DNA of 64,000 nucleotides from Eledone cirrhosa (lineage: Eukaryota): contig OZ024742.1 in the NCBI GenBank assembly GCA_964016885.1, positions 179,490,001 to 179,554,000 of the forward strand. The letters run 5' to 3'. Of the stretch, positions 15,271-28,763 are shown piece after piece (position 1 is the stretch's first letter; each line of letters begins with the position of its first letter). The translations under genes and the position numbers were made by a program. The notes under the pieces are model-generated. The model was not told where the DNA came from, did no database searches, and worked only from the letters and a program-made list of their open reading frames with translations.

Positions 15271-15754
15271 AACAAAGTCCTCGGATAGGACCAATATACC
15301 TTCGATTGTTTTCCCATACACTCAATTCTTTAATTAAGTATGTATCATTAATATACCCATGTAAATAAAGGCAGAGTGCACACTACTACGTTAGGTAGTG
15401 AGAAAAATGATTTCGTGCGGGTATAGAGTTTGATTCTCTGACCCCGGTCTAATGTATTCGTTTCTACTACTTCATCTGCTGGTGACAGTCCATATGGAAC
15501 AGGCGTGCACAGAAATTAGGTAATGCTATTAAGCATTACGTTATTGGCTAAGAGCAGCTTCATTAGCGAGGAATTAGCCCTTTCGGAACAGGTCAGCTGT
15601 CAGCTTCGTGTGAACTCGCCATTACAGTAGCTAGATCTTCGTTTAGTGTCACGTGACAGTGAAGAGGTGGTAAGCAAGTACTGCCTATTTTCAAAGAAAA
15701 CGTTGACACGCTTTTTCAAATTGGTATTGTGTTTAAAGCGTTTGGGTATAAAAT

Positions 15755-15975
15755 CTTATTGGCGTAGGTTCGATTACTAGACCGGGTTACGCATTGTTCT
15801 TGAGCAAAATACTTTATTTTACGTTGTTCAAGTACACACTTAATTTACTGGGAGTTAACCCTGCAACTGACTGACGTCGTGTCCAGGGGGAATTTTGCAC
15901 TCATGTCGCTTAACACCTATAAAAACCGGGATAAGCACCGGTCTGGTGAGGCTCAGAGCATGGGACAGACTTTAA
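15755..15975 (+). mobile_element. SINE family B, diverged
   Basis: ggttcgatt B-box, then cttgagcaaaatactttattttacgttg. Confidence 0.55.
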
Positions 15976-16768
15976 CATTTTAAAACGGTATACATCGATA
16001 TTTTCGAGGATGCATAACGTCAAATTCTCTGATGGTTGAGAAAACTCAGAAAATGGTTAACGTTTTCACTCTTATATTAGGTGATGCGATTTCGTGCGGA
16101 ACAGGATGTTAAGAATTTTTACGAAAATATATTCCGACCATTGTGTTGAAAATCATATCACTTAACTTACTAAGTTTCTGGTCTTGCAGTTGTTCTTTTT
16201 AGATTTTTTCGCCATGTTGTGTTGTATATCTTTTTTATTTTTTCTCATAGAAATTCTCGAATGTTCCCGAAGGACGTTTTCGTTTTGAGCTTTTGATCAC
16301 TGACATCAATTCAACTATTATTAAGTTGCATTTGTATCATGATGATGCTGATGCTGATGATAATGGTGGTGGTAGTGGAGGTGGTGGTGGTGGTGGTGGT
16401 GGTGGTAATGGTTGTGGTGATTGTATTGATTGTGTTGATAATGGCCGCGGTGATGGTGGTGGATGTAGTGGTGTTGATGTTGGTGTTCGTTGAGGGGGAG
16501 GTGGTGGTGGTGGTAGTGGTGGGGATGGTGACTTTAATAGTGGTTGTCATGATGGCGGATGTGGTGGATCTTCTGTCGATTTCGACGATGAGTATTCAGA
16601 ATATTCGATCAACTGAAAACCAAACGAGTGAATTTACGCATCATTTGTTGAGTATTCCACAAACACGTGTACACATAACATGATTTTTAAGCCGAACCAG
16701 TGTAACATAACATATGATAATATTTGAAACAGCTCCATTAATTGAGAATGTGTGTGCGCGTGAATGTA

Positions 16769-17500
16769 TAAAGTCTTGACCAAACGTTTAAAAACACCCT
16801 ACAATGTTTAACTAAAAAATTAACTTCTTATAAAAGACATTAATATTCATTTTAAAACCTAATTTTCACGGCATGTTTTCAGACATCAATTTTACTATAA
16901 AGTAGTATTTTATATTTCCAGCTTTTGTCCTGACGACCGCTTGAAATTGACATGGCATGCTGGATTGAAATAAAGGTTTGACAATAGTCTTTTAATAGCT
17001 TCCACTAAGGCATTTATGCAGGATGGTTGGTTGTCTGCAACCAATGTTCAATAGATTTGAAATTGTTGTCATTCTAGTCTAGTGAACACGATCTTTATAA
17101 AGTGGTTTTGTGTAATATTTGCTCTGTGGTATGGCGCACAGTCTTGCATAAATATGTTGCATAAGTGTATGTGTATGTACAATTCCAGTTGCGCTTTTCA
17201 GCAGTTCCAGGTACCTTTGGCCGTTCATAATTGTCCCGGTATCATAGAAATATAAACTGGTGGTTTCAGACTTCGTAATGATGTTCTAGATTATCTTACT
17301 GGGTTGGTGTTTCATTTTCTCTGCAATAGATTTTTCATCGGATATTATTAAATATATGATGCTGCTATACTACAAACTACTACAATGTAGATCCATTAAA
17401 AAAACAGATCTTTACACCATTACTCTTCAGTCCAATGTTCATGGTTTTTGGTAAAGGTCAAATCTAATTTAATCTAATCTGGCTGAGTTTACATTCGCAA
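16769..17500 (-). mobile_element. Decayed Tc1/mariner transposase fragment
   Basis: Minus-strand remnants FMQDCAPYH, (NP/KS)IEH.W-like and SMPCQFQAVV match Tc1 DDE C-terminal motifs. A TIR-like agtcttgaccaaacgtttaaaaacaccc lies near 16772. Confidence 0.65.
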
Positions 17501-17559
17501 ATAAGAAGAATCAGGGTCGCCCCTAGGAGCATTGGATTTGGAGTATTTCATATTTGTTT

Positions 17560-17930
17560 CGGTTGCTGAATACAATCAGGGGTCGCAGCTTCTCCTGAAG
17601 GTCAATAGTTCTCTTCTAACTTCTAACTTTCCATTGTCAATTTGCATTGATCATCAGCAAAGCCGCATTGTTCTCAGAACCACGCCACCAGTCTTTCGAT
17701 GCGTGCAGCTGGAACTATTGCCAACCATTGATTTGGCAGGATCTTTTTTCTTAGATGGCCATTGACTCTTATCAGTTCTTCCGCCCTTCGACAGGTTTTG
17801 TTTTTTGTCCTGCAGGGGTCCAAAATCACCCTCCTCACTAAGTGAACTTGGTGGGGTTGCCGGTTTAGTCGCCGACGACCCGACCATGCGACAGGTTGTA
17901 CTGGGTTACATGCTACCAGTAGCACTCGAG
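17560..17930 (-). mobile_element. Dispersed repeat, probably an RTE-type LINE 5' UTR fragment
   Basis: The reverse complement of 17745-17930 matches 61338-61525. Confidence 0.6.
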
Positions 17931-18147
17931 AGTACTTTTTTTTTATATCAAATGTCAATCTTAGTTTGCAGACAGGTTTGCAAGACTTTAGCTAAAATTC
18001 ATGAACCACCCGGCGTGTTAGAGTCAAACGAGTATTTCTTAGAAGCAGTGTAGCTCTATTTTTTTAATATCAGCATGTGTGGAATGTTAATTCATTTTTA
18101 AAATAAAGAGATTGACAAGCACACTATTTTAGAATAAATTGCCATAG

Positions 18148-18225
<78 letters not shown>

Positions 18226-18350
18226 GGGGATAGGGAGAGAGTGTATGTGTGTGTATATTCGTTTGTGTAACACATACCACAAATAAACCATGCTCAAACA
18301 TACACGCATATATATATATATAGAGAGAGATTTATATATATAATATAATA

Positions 18351-18432
<82 letters not shown>

Positions 18433-18439
<7 letters not shown>

Positions 18440-21400
18440 TGGTCGTTTTGGAAGCCTCAACAATGCAGATGGGTAAATCTCCGGGTAACAGAATCCGGTG
18501 ATGAAGAGAGAGATGTAAGAGGATATGTAGAATGAGATGTATAGTGTGTAGAGGAACGTAGGAAAGAGCGTAACAAATAAAAATAATTGTTTCTACTTTT
18601 GGCACAAGGCCAGCAATTACCCAGTGCATTACTGGTACTTTATTTTATCGACCCCGTAAGGATGAAAGGCAAAGTTAACCTCGGCGGGATTTAAACTCAG
18701 ATCATACAGGGAGGTAACTTTATGTTTCAAAGCATGGCGTCCGACCCTCTACCGATACTGCCAATCCACCTAAAAAATAAAAATAATAACACGAGATAGG
18801 GTTACCTTGGGAGATATTTAATTGTCCTTATATTTCGGATTTCGCATCCAACAACTGGGGGGTTTTCCGAGGGGGGGGGGGGGGGGGTTATCTGTCGGAG
18901 AGGAACGGTACGTGGCCTCTGTTGTCCGCCGTTTGTGTGTAAATGAGATATTCTGTAGAGCGCACGTGCGCGCGGAATAGGTGCGGTCAAGCAAAGGTCG
19001 AGGCAGCTCCTCTTTATTGTGGGAGTAGGATGGTGCTAGCTGTCAATCCATTGTACTACCTATATTCAGTCTTTGTTACTGGCAGTGCTGGTAGTCTGTC
19101 TGGTCGCTTGTTGGTCGGTGGATGGTGGGGGCGCTATACACACAATAACAATCGTTCGAATGCCACTGTGTGTGTGTGCGTGTGCAGTTGTCTCGTTTGT
19201 TTACACCAGCCACCTCGTCTCCCTTCTCTCGGATCGGTTATTTATTTGTGGTCCTAGGCGTTTGATCAAAAGTGCTTCCTTGATTCGTAACGTGCTGACG
19301 TTGCGTTCTGTCGCTAGCACTGTGACAATGGGCCTTCCGTCATTGTTTCCGCATTTGGTTATGTGTTTCCGGAAAGACGAGGCCTTGGTGTTGATGTGCT
19401 CCTTGATCCGGATATGAAGCGGCCGGATTGTTCTACCGATATAGTAGTGGTTGCACTTGTCACATTCTACCCTGTATACAACGTATGTGCGTAAGCAACA
19501 GTTCGTTTGGCGCATCGGACAGTTTCTGAGGGAACACGCGTCAGTCGATTTCTCGGGTTTCCTGGAGAAGCACCTCCGTAGGGAGGGGCCCGAGTGGGCC
19601 AGGTGGATGTCGAAGCCCTCTCTCCGTATAGCCCTGCGGATAACGTTGGTGGTTTTCTCGCCGAGGCCGGGATTTTAAGGAAGCACTTGCCTTGGGTGTT
19701 TCTCTGCCTCTTGCGTCTGGTATCTCTTGCTCTGTTTGTAAGTGAGGCTGAGTATCCGTTCGTCTCCAGAACTTTGAGGAACCGCTTGGTATGGGTGACA
19801 CCACTCACGGGATCGCTACATCTGTTTTTAATTCGCGTGATCTCGCGTGATCTCTTTTAGCACTGTTAGGGAGGGCAGACTTGTAGTGGACGAACAGGTC
19901 CCTGCAGGGTGCCTTGCGTTAGAAGTTGGAGTGGATCCCTCCCTGTTCCATGATGTTGATTCGGAAGTCGAGGAGGGCAAGTGACCCGTCTTCGCTGGGG
20001 TGTTCAACGCTGAAATCAATGTTCTCGTCCGTGTTGTTGAACGTCTCATAGATTCTGTTCGCCATCTCTTGGTAAGATGTGAGGATGAGGATGTCGTCCA
20101 CGTACCTCGAGAAAAAGGCGACGGCGTTGGGGTGGCAGGTGTTGAGTGCCTTGCGCTCGGGGCTGTCCATGTATGAGATCGCTAGTAGACCCGACAGGCT
20201 TGAGCCCATGGGCAGCCTCGAGGTTTGCCGGTATGTTTGGTCGAGAAAACCGAAATACGTGTTGCCAACGACGACGGATAGGAGCTGGTGGTGAGCCCGA
20301 AGCAGTGTAGCTCGGTAGATTGAACGCGTTCCATCAGTATATCAACGGCCGGGAGCGCCGGGACCGAGGTGTAAGGAGAGACCACACAAGGCTGAAGGCA
20401 GACCTGTTAGCCTTTCTGGTGTCGGGATCCATTTGATGCAAGCGCTCCAACACCTCCTCGGAGCTGTTCACGTGTCCCGGCACGGTGTCTAGTATGGGTT
20501 TAAGTATTCTCGCTAGAAGCCATGAAATTTTGTAGAGCGGTCCTTCCACGCTCGATACAATAGGTCTGATCTTCAGGTTGGGTCCCTGTTTGTGTGTTTT
20601 CACAAGGTGGTAGAAGTCGAGTAGTCTGCTGTTCCTCGTGAGGAGGTTGCATCTGAGCTTCTTCAGGAGCTTCCGCCGGTCACAGATGTTGGTCCAGGCG
20701 GCGTTGATGTGCTCCTCGATCTGCGCGGGAGTGATTCCTGTGACTTTGGAGTAGAGGTTGTCATCGTCAAAGGGTTGGAGGGCCAGGGTGTTGAAGGCCT
20801 CTCTGCTGATGACGCAGAATTCTTTTCCCTTGTCGGAGGGGAGGTAGATGAGGTTCCTCGATTTCAGGCTGGAGAGAGTGGTGAGTTGAGATTTAGTGAG
20901 GTTGTGTGTTGTGCGTGTGTGTGTGTGTTTGTGTAGGATATCAGAGATGGAGTGTTTTAACCTGATGAATTTGGTGTCGAGTTCGTGGTTGGTGGTGGTG
21001 GTGGGGGGGGGGGGTCGAGGTGGTAAGTGGGGAACTTGGGCGCGTTGTGTGGGTGCTGTTATTTTCCGTGGCGCTGTTGATGGCGGTCACCCATTTAAGT
21101 TGGTAGGCGGCTCGGCAGAAGTTGGCTTCGATGTCGAGTTTAAGTCTGTCGTCGAGCCGCTGAGACGATGAACTTGGGTCCGAGGCGTAGGAGTGCCAGC
21201 TTGTCGTTCGTGAGGGTGCGGTTTAGGTCGGTGACCAGGTGCGTCGCATCGTTGAGGTGTGGCTCGGTGTTGGTGGATGTGGCGGCGGCGGTTGTTACGT
21301 TGCTGTTTATCACGTGGTTCTGGTCTGTCTTTTTGTTAATGTCAGTGTTTTCGTTGTGGAGTTTAAGCAAGATCCACTCATATTTCCGCTTGAGCCGCTT

Positions 21401-21765
21401 TTTTTTTTTTTTTTCGTGTTGGACTCTGGAGTGGTAGCACTGGTCGATTGCTTTTGTGATTTTAAGAAGCAAGTCGCTACGTGTTATTGTTAATCTATGT
21501 GTCCGCTCTGAGAGTGGATGTGTAATTGGCTGTTGACATGTCGCAGGATCTGTTTGATACACGAGCGGTGTATGCGGCTAGTGGTGTTTTGAAAAGCTGG
21601 TGTACGTAGGCATCCTGGTAAGCGGATGTTGGTGGTGGGATGATATCGTTTTTTTAGGCAGCGTTTCAGGAAAATAATTTGACAGCCAGCATTGGCCCAT
21701 TTCTCCGACAGTTTAAAGAGTTCCTTTACGGATGTAAACAATTCCTGGCTCAGGTGTAAGGATTA
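18433..21765 (-). mobile_element. Near full-length but frameshifted Penelope/Poseidon-type retroelement (RT + GIY-YIG)
   Basis: KTHK..IRPIVS..P.YKISWLL, LPMGSSLSG..FSRYVDDIL, LALLDFRI, VVYRVEC..C...YIGRT.R.L..RIKEH. The 3' pseudo-LTR at 18433-19100 is interrupted by a SINE. Confidence 0.9.
18583..18770 (-). mobile_element. SINE family A inserted in the Penelope pseudo-LTR
   Basis: Matches 1061-1250, with flanking direct repeat aaataaaaataat. Confidence 0.85.
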
Positions 21766-22000
21766 TATATATATATATTATAGATAACAAGGAATCAGTG
21801 ATGCATCAAAACACAATTTATTAACATATTACATATGTTTCAATACTCTCTAATATATTGTATGTTTATTTAAAAACATTTTGAAAAACCTTACTGTAAA
21901 CATACAGTATATTATTAGATATAGTATACTACTACTTTGACGCTAAACTCCGCCAGTTGCAGACTGATTTCTTCTAGCGAAAGAGAGAGTGGGGGAGAGA

Positions 22001-22320
22001 TAATTGTTTCTACGTTAGACACAAGGCCAGCAATTACGCAGTGTATTACTGGTACTTTATTTTATCGACCCCGTAAGGATGAAAGGCAAAGTTTAACCTC
22101 GGCGGGATTTGAAATCATGGGGGGACAGTGGGGGAGAGATAATGGAAATCAAATAGAAATATAGATAACGAATCGACCCCAGTATTAGTCTGGTACTTTT
22201 TCTATCGACTTCAGAAGGACGAAAATTAAAGTTGACCTCGGCAGGATTTGAGCGCAGAGAGCCGAAACGAATATGAGAAATTATTCTATCCGACGTCCTA
22301 ACGATTCTGCAAATCCCCCC
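22001..22320 (-). mobile_element. Two adjacent SINE family A-related fragments
   Basis: Two copies of the ctggtacttt..tatcgac..gaaa..aaagtt.acctcggc.ggatttga core. Confidence 0.75.
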
Positions 22321-22652
22321 ATTTATTTACATACATTCTGTATTAAAAACTGTAATATTTCATTGAAGATTTAGTCTGTTGAGTATTTCGGGCATTTGGT
22401 CTTTAGCATAAGTTTTGCTAAATTTATGACAACAACCGAGGCTAGTTAACTGTTATCACGAACATAGGGATTGCCAGTGACGCACAAATATTCCAGCACG
22501 CTATCTTACTGGTTGCCTTGTCACGTCACATCACAGCACGGTACATCATAGCCACCACATCACATCTCACCTCAGTACACCCCGTATACATACATACATA
22601 CATACATACACATACTATATATATATACACACACACACACATATATATATAT

Positions 22653-22780
22653 ATAGGAAAAAGTATGACCCCGACGGCAGAGCTCAAGCCGTTTCGACGG
22701 GTATTTCTGGACTCGTTCAGTCCAGAAATAGCCGTCGAAACGGCTTGAGCTCTGCCGTCGGGGTCATACTTTTTTCCTAT
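22653..22780. repeat. Near-perfect hairpin (~61-bp arms, 5-nt loop) built from the 1640-type repeat
   Basis: ataggaaaaagtatgaccccgacggcagagctcaagccgtttcgacgg..ggact-cgttc-agtcc..ccgtcgaaacggcttgagctctgccgtcggggtcatacttttttcctat. Confidence 0.92.
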
Positions 22781-22865
22781 TTCCCACTCTACTACCCTAA
22801 GTATTGAGTACTCTGGTGCGTTATGGTCCATCTGGTTCCTTACCACAATTCCTTTGTTATATATA

Positions 22866-22918
<53 letters not shown>

Positions 22919-23305
22919 ATATACATGCATATACATATGTACATATATACAAGCACAAACTAAGAAACATAATCTACAAACTAAGCGGTCGACAAACCAG
23001 CCAGCCAGCCAGCCAAACAGACCTTGTTACGATAGTCAAGTGTCGTAGTGGTAGTCACGTCGAGATACACTCATACCCAACCAAGACTTTAGATTTTTTA
23101 CATTTTTTTTTTTTTGTGATATAGACTTTATTGTGTTGTACATAAATACACACATGCATACATAGGCAAACACACGCATAAACACATATACATATATACA
23201 TAGAGTTCAAGCGAATCAACCAATCAGCGAACAACTTAACTAGGTCTTGTAACATTATATAAATAACTCTCGCCAGTCTGTGATGAAAAAATAACACAGA
23301 TGTTC

Positions 23306-23316
23306 TGACGTATAAA
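23306..23316 (+). promoter_or_regulatory. Candidate TATA box (TATAAA) with adjacent TGACGT, upstream of the beta-lactamase-like gene
   Basis: About 70 bp upstream of the ATG. Motif match only. Confidence 0.3.
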
Positions 23317-23383
23317 CACGCTCTCTATTTTATTCTATAATTCCAAATATTTTTCTTAAATGAACTTCAAATAATTTGTGATC

Positions 23384-23736
23384 ATGGTTTATTTCACTAT
23401 GTTATCACATAAAATAATATATAACTTCTATTGTTTCCTGCTGGTGATTACCTTCTTAGGTTCAGCCCAATGTCTAAATTTAAAGCAAAAACTGCCCCAA
23501 AGGGGATTACATGAGAAGATTGAACTTTTCGCTAACACTTTGCTTCGAGTTGAAAATATGGTTGGAGCTGCTGTAGCTGTGGTCAAGAATGATCAAGTGG
23601 TATACTCACAAGGTTTTGGTCGACGTAATATAAGCAGCAATGTTGGAGTTAATAATAATACATTATTTGGTATAGCTTCTTTAACGAAAGCATTTGCAGC
23701 AGCAACTCTAGTGAAGGTTATTGAAGATCAGAAAAA
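23384..23736 (+). CDS. Beta-lactamase-like gene exon 1 (signal peptide, SxxK)
   Basis: ATG at 23384 (alternative 23399). Donor aa|gtaagt. Confidence 0.9.
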
Positions 23737-26700
23737 GTAAGTTAACATATTTTTTACAGTTACCTGATTTTTTTTTTCTAGATTTTCTCTGTTGTTTATT
23801 TTTATCCTATATTCAGGTATGAAAGGGCAGTGCCTATGGCTCTGGTCCTCCGTGACTACTGGAGGAGAGAAGAAGTTATCATCAAACAAGAGATTTGGCT
23901 CGGAAGTTTGCAGCAGAGAGGACTCTATTGAAGGTTCCCAGTGGACATGTGGTGGTGTTAAACCAGACAGCAATTGTCTACAAACAAATAAAGTTTTCTT
24001 TAGTAGATCAACGGTTAAGATAATTTGTGATACTTAGTTGCTCTCTTTACATTCCGTGTTCAAATACCACTAAGTCTTTCGTCCTTCAGGGTTCAATAAA
24101 ATATCGAAAATGTGTGTGTGGGTTGGGGGCACCATACACCATTCACTACTTAGCGGCTTTTTATTAAAGTTTGAAAAGACATTTGTTGCTTTACGTCAGC
24201 TCTACACCATCGGATTATACAATTAATAGTATTCCATCCTGTTCTTTTTTCTTTTGTTCAGACATGAACTTGTATTAAGTGAGAATGAAGACCAATGTCT
24301 AGGTCTTATCTCATACACTGATGGTGGTGGTCACACCACTAGATACCAAAATATTCTATCCAAAATATCCCCATTAAGTGGTTAGCTTTGGAAAATGTGA
24401 CATATTACGACGATAACAATATCATAGATAGTGTTATCATAATTTGACATTAATGTAGACTATATACGAGATTATTGCTGATAATTTTCTGCATGTTTCT
24501 TTATTGTTATTACTATTTGAAATAGAGGACAGTAGATTGTCAGTATCAGTAGAGCATCAGACAGCAGTCCTTTGCGGCATACAGTTACGGTCCTTTACGT
24601 TCTGAGTTCAAATGCCACCAAGTTAATTTTTGCCTTTCATCCTTACGGGGTCGATAAAATAAACTACTACTAACGGACTGGTGTCGATTGCTGACATCGG
24701 GTCAAAAGTGGAAACAATTATTATTTGTAATAAAGATAAATGACTGTCTCCTGCATCAATCTGATCAATTCAGCGGCAGACTTAGGTTCCGTTTTCAGAC
24801 AGAGTGAAGATATCAAATTGACAATGTACCATAGATTTATCATCGAAACCGTAATGATCCCATCTGGTGTTCTGAGACCCATAACCACTTTTTACTTACA
24901 ACGATATCCCCTTAGTTATAGTCATGAATCTTAGGTAATGATTGAAAGAAGCAGAAGATACATGTACTTTGATAAGAAAGGGATAAATAAAGAAATGGAG
25001 TTGATTGTCGGATGTTGATATTATCTGCCAGTAGTTACAATTCTTGCTAAAAGGAAGTGGGATTTGAACTCGAAACGCAGAGAGACTAATGAGACACTGC
25101 AAAGCCTCCCATCCAACTTTTTCGCAGTTTCACCAACCTTGATCTAGTATTTTATTTATAGAATCCATCCGAAAGGATGAAAGGCAAAGTTGACTTTGAC
25201 TGGAGTTCGGAGTTAAATTCAGAGGGTATAGAGCCGGAACAAATAGGGAAGTTTTTATTTTAATCTCTACGCTCTAGCGTTTCTGTGAATTTGCTGCTGT
25301 ATACGCGACGGACGGAATATGTATTATAATATTCAGTTCCATCAGCGGCCTCAGATAGAATGCTGCTGCATACTTTCCTTGTAGAAGGAAGATACAAAAA
25401 AAAAAGAATTGATGGAAAAATGATAGATGAGTTGAGGAAGGTAACTCGAAATACTGGACATAGCGAGATGATCAGGTCACCCTTCGACCGGCTGTGTTGC
25501 TTGTTGTTAGCATATGTTTAGGAGTACCGGTGGATGGGAGCACTGATGTTGGGTTAATTTGGTTTGATGCCAAGGGTTCTTTCAAATCCACTTTGGGATA
25601 TTAAAGACGGTTGACACTGTTAGCATCCCTCTTTCCATTAATGTCTAAAATGAAATAATTGGGTGTCTTTTTGAGTACTTGGTATAGTCAAGAGTATGGT
25701 GGTGGTAAAGGAGCTCTGACAAAATCGTGTGTCCATTGCTGTATGTCAGATGATATTTCAGTAGTGACACCTTGAGGGCGAGGAGCAACGGATAGCAGAT
25801 TTGATATATTCAGCGGCACACTTAGGCTCCGCTTTCAGACAGAGTGAAGATATCAAATTGACAATGTATCATAGATTTATCATCGGACCCGTAATGATCC
25901 GATCGTAATGATCCATTGCTGTATGTCAGATGATATTTCAGTAGTGACACTTTGAGGGCGAAGCGCAACGGATAGCGGATTTGATATATAGGTCCACAGA
26001 TGCTGGATGTAGTTTGTTGGATCCACGGCATGTTGAGAATCAGGTAAAATCATTTACCGTAAACCAGCTCAGCTGGCGTACAACCAAATCCTTCTTTTAT
26101 GGTGCAGCAAATTCCAAGAAGGATAAAGAGTAAGATTTCCAACCAGTTGCTGTTGTTGACATAAGCTCTGAGAGCAGATTATAATTGCCGATGGAAATGT
26201 TCCACCATACGGGTTAGCTGCAGAGTGGTAAGCCATCGTGCGTGTTCGGTTATAGCCTAGGAAGCGTCTAAATTTGTTAAAACGGTTCGATTCGAACTGG
26301 CCTCCTCTGTTTGTTGTGATGGTAGAAAGTGTGCGATAACGAGAAATTCAATGCTGGAAAAGCATCTTGGCAATAGATTCGGCTGTGGTATGAGGCAGTA
26401 AAATGGCTTCAAACTACCGGGATAATCTGTCCACACAGGTCAAAACGCGAGTGTAACCTTAAGAAGGATGCAGTGGTTCGGCAATGTCGATGTACACATG
26501 CTGGAAACATGCATCTGGTTCTGCGAAGGTTTCCAAAAGAGTTCTGATATGGTGATGAATTTTTTGCCTTCTGACACTGGACGCCACGCCAGCTCAATTC
26601 CCTGACATCCTTGTTGACACCAATCCAGACAAACCGGACTGGAGTTGGCACCTGGATATGATAGGTTGTAGAGAGCATAAAAAACGAACAAGAGCGTTCG

Positions 26701-28689
26701 TGACCTGTAGATACATTACACCAAATGCGGCCAGGAGAAAAAGGTAGAGGAAAGAATTTGAAAGACAAAGAAGAAGATGGAGAATTTCGGAGTTTGGTTA
26801 GCTCTTCGTCCGTCTATTGAGCGGTGGCAATATTTCAGTGGTTGATAGAAGCAGAGGTGTGCAGAGAATTTAAGTGTGCACGAGGAAGGACATCGACTGC
26901 AGAGTTGACTGAACTATTAATATGGCGAATATTCGTAGTATATTGTGATATATAATCCAGTTGGCGCACTTTTCTAGGTGAGTGGTGGTCAGGCTTAGAA
27001 TATAGAATGTGCATGAGAGGTTTGTGGTCCGTGTAAATAGAGAGCACGGAACCTTCCAGCATGTGCCGAAAATATGTCACATTGAGGTACACTGCTAAAT
27101 GTTCTTGATGGAATATGCTGTACTTCATTCGGCCGGTTTGAGGCATCTAGAGAGGAACGAAATCGACTGACATGCCTCGTCTATACATTACTGCAGGACG
27201 CCACCGACTCCGACATCTGATGTATCGACGATAGACAGAATGGTGCGTCGGGCTTGGGATGAACCAAAAGTGTAGCATCTTGATTTTAAGAAAGGGAGCT
27301 GCTTGTGCATCATCGAAAGTGCTCAGCTGGTTCTTCCGTTTGCACTGCAGTATGGTGTATGTTAGCGGCTGGAAAAGCTCTGCACAGCGAGGAATTACCG
27401 GCGGTAATAATTTATCAGGCCGAGGAACTCACGTATTTTCTTCAATGACGTATATGGGGGGAAATCTAAAATCGACTTAACCTTTCTGCGGAGATGGCGG
27501 ATTCCTTGTTCGTCGATGCAGTGCCCCAGAAAATAAAGAGAAGAAACGCCGAAAAGGCAGTTGTTGGGGTTGATGCTGACACCAAACTAAGAAAAACACT
27601 CAAAAAGCAATCGCAGGTGCCTTTCATCAATATACGCGTAGACGAAGGGTAAACCAGGTACTGCTGTGTCGATGAAACGCTGTTTGATGCGGCATTGCGT
27701 AAACCGAATGGCATCCTAAGAAACACGAAGAGGTCGAAAGTAGTCTTAATGGCCGTTTTCGGAATGTAATCCGGTTCAAAAGGATTCTGGTTGTACGCCC
27801 GCACAAGGTCGATTTTAATATTTAATTGTAATATCAATTGCAATTGCAATAGTTATTACATTTGTAAACATAAGTTTCCCCTTTGTTAGTGTACCCTTCC
27901 CTTTTTTCTAGTGAACCCCACTTTGTGTGGCTTTTCATCATAATATAGTATATTCTGGAGGCGTGTGGCTTAGTGGTTAAGTTTTCGGTTCATGATCGTG
28001 AGTACGATTCCTGCCCGTATCAGGCTGCACGTTGTGTCCTTGAGCAAGACGCTTTACTTTACTTTGCTCCAGTGGTTTGAGGATGTATCATCCCTTTCTA
28101 TTGTATTAACGACATCGAAAGCTCTAGTAACAGAAGAAAATGTCCTGTGGCTGAGGCCGTCTCTCGTTTATTGACACCAGGATAAGACGAAGCCGCCCTT
28201 TGCTTGATTATCTCCAACATCACGTTCCTTTTGGGCAATAAAAATCATTTATGTTTTTATCTATTTTTAGTGTAACCCAGACAACTCCCATCAACAACTT
28301 TCTGGATATTGAATTCTCTACAGAACAAAGAACGAAATATGCAAATGTAGAAGACTTGCTATCACATCGTATGGGTTTACCAAGAAATAACTACCTAAGA
28401 CTAAATCTCAACTTCACAAGAGAAACCATTCCGGAGTAAGTAGACTATCGTATTTTAACGACATTAGAACATCGGATGGAATGCTTCTTTAGTTTGTTAT
28501 TGCTCACTACATATCTCTGTATGTTGCTACGTGAAGTAGCATTATCTTGTAGCTCTGACACGCATTCTGTATCCTAAGATTTCTTTTTCAAGACGAGAGC
28601 GTGTATCCTTTGAGGGAGATTTTCTTACAACTATATCTAGCAGCTCGATTGACTAAGTAGAAGGTTGATCTCTGGTTGTTACTTTGTAG

Positions 28690-28763
<74 letters not shown>

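Noticed and set aside
27958-28030. tRNA-like sequences with A and B boxes
   Set aside because: They are heads of multi-copy SINEs, and no intact cloverleaf or acceptor stem is evident.
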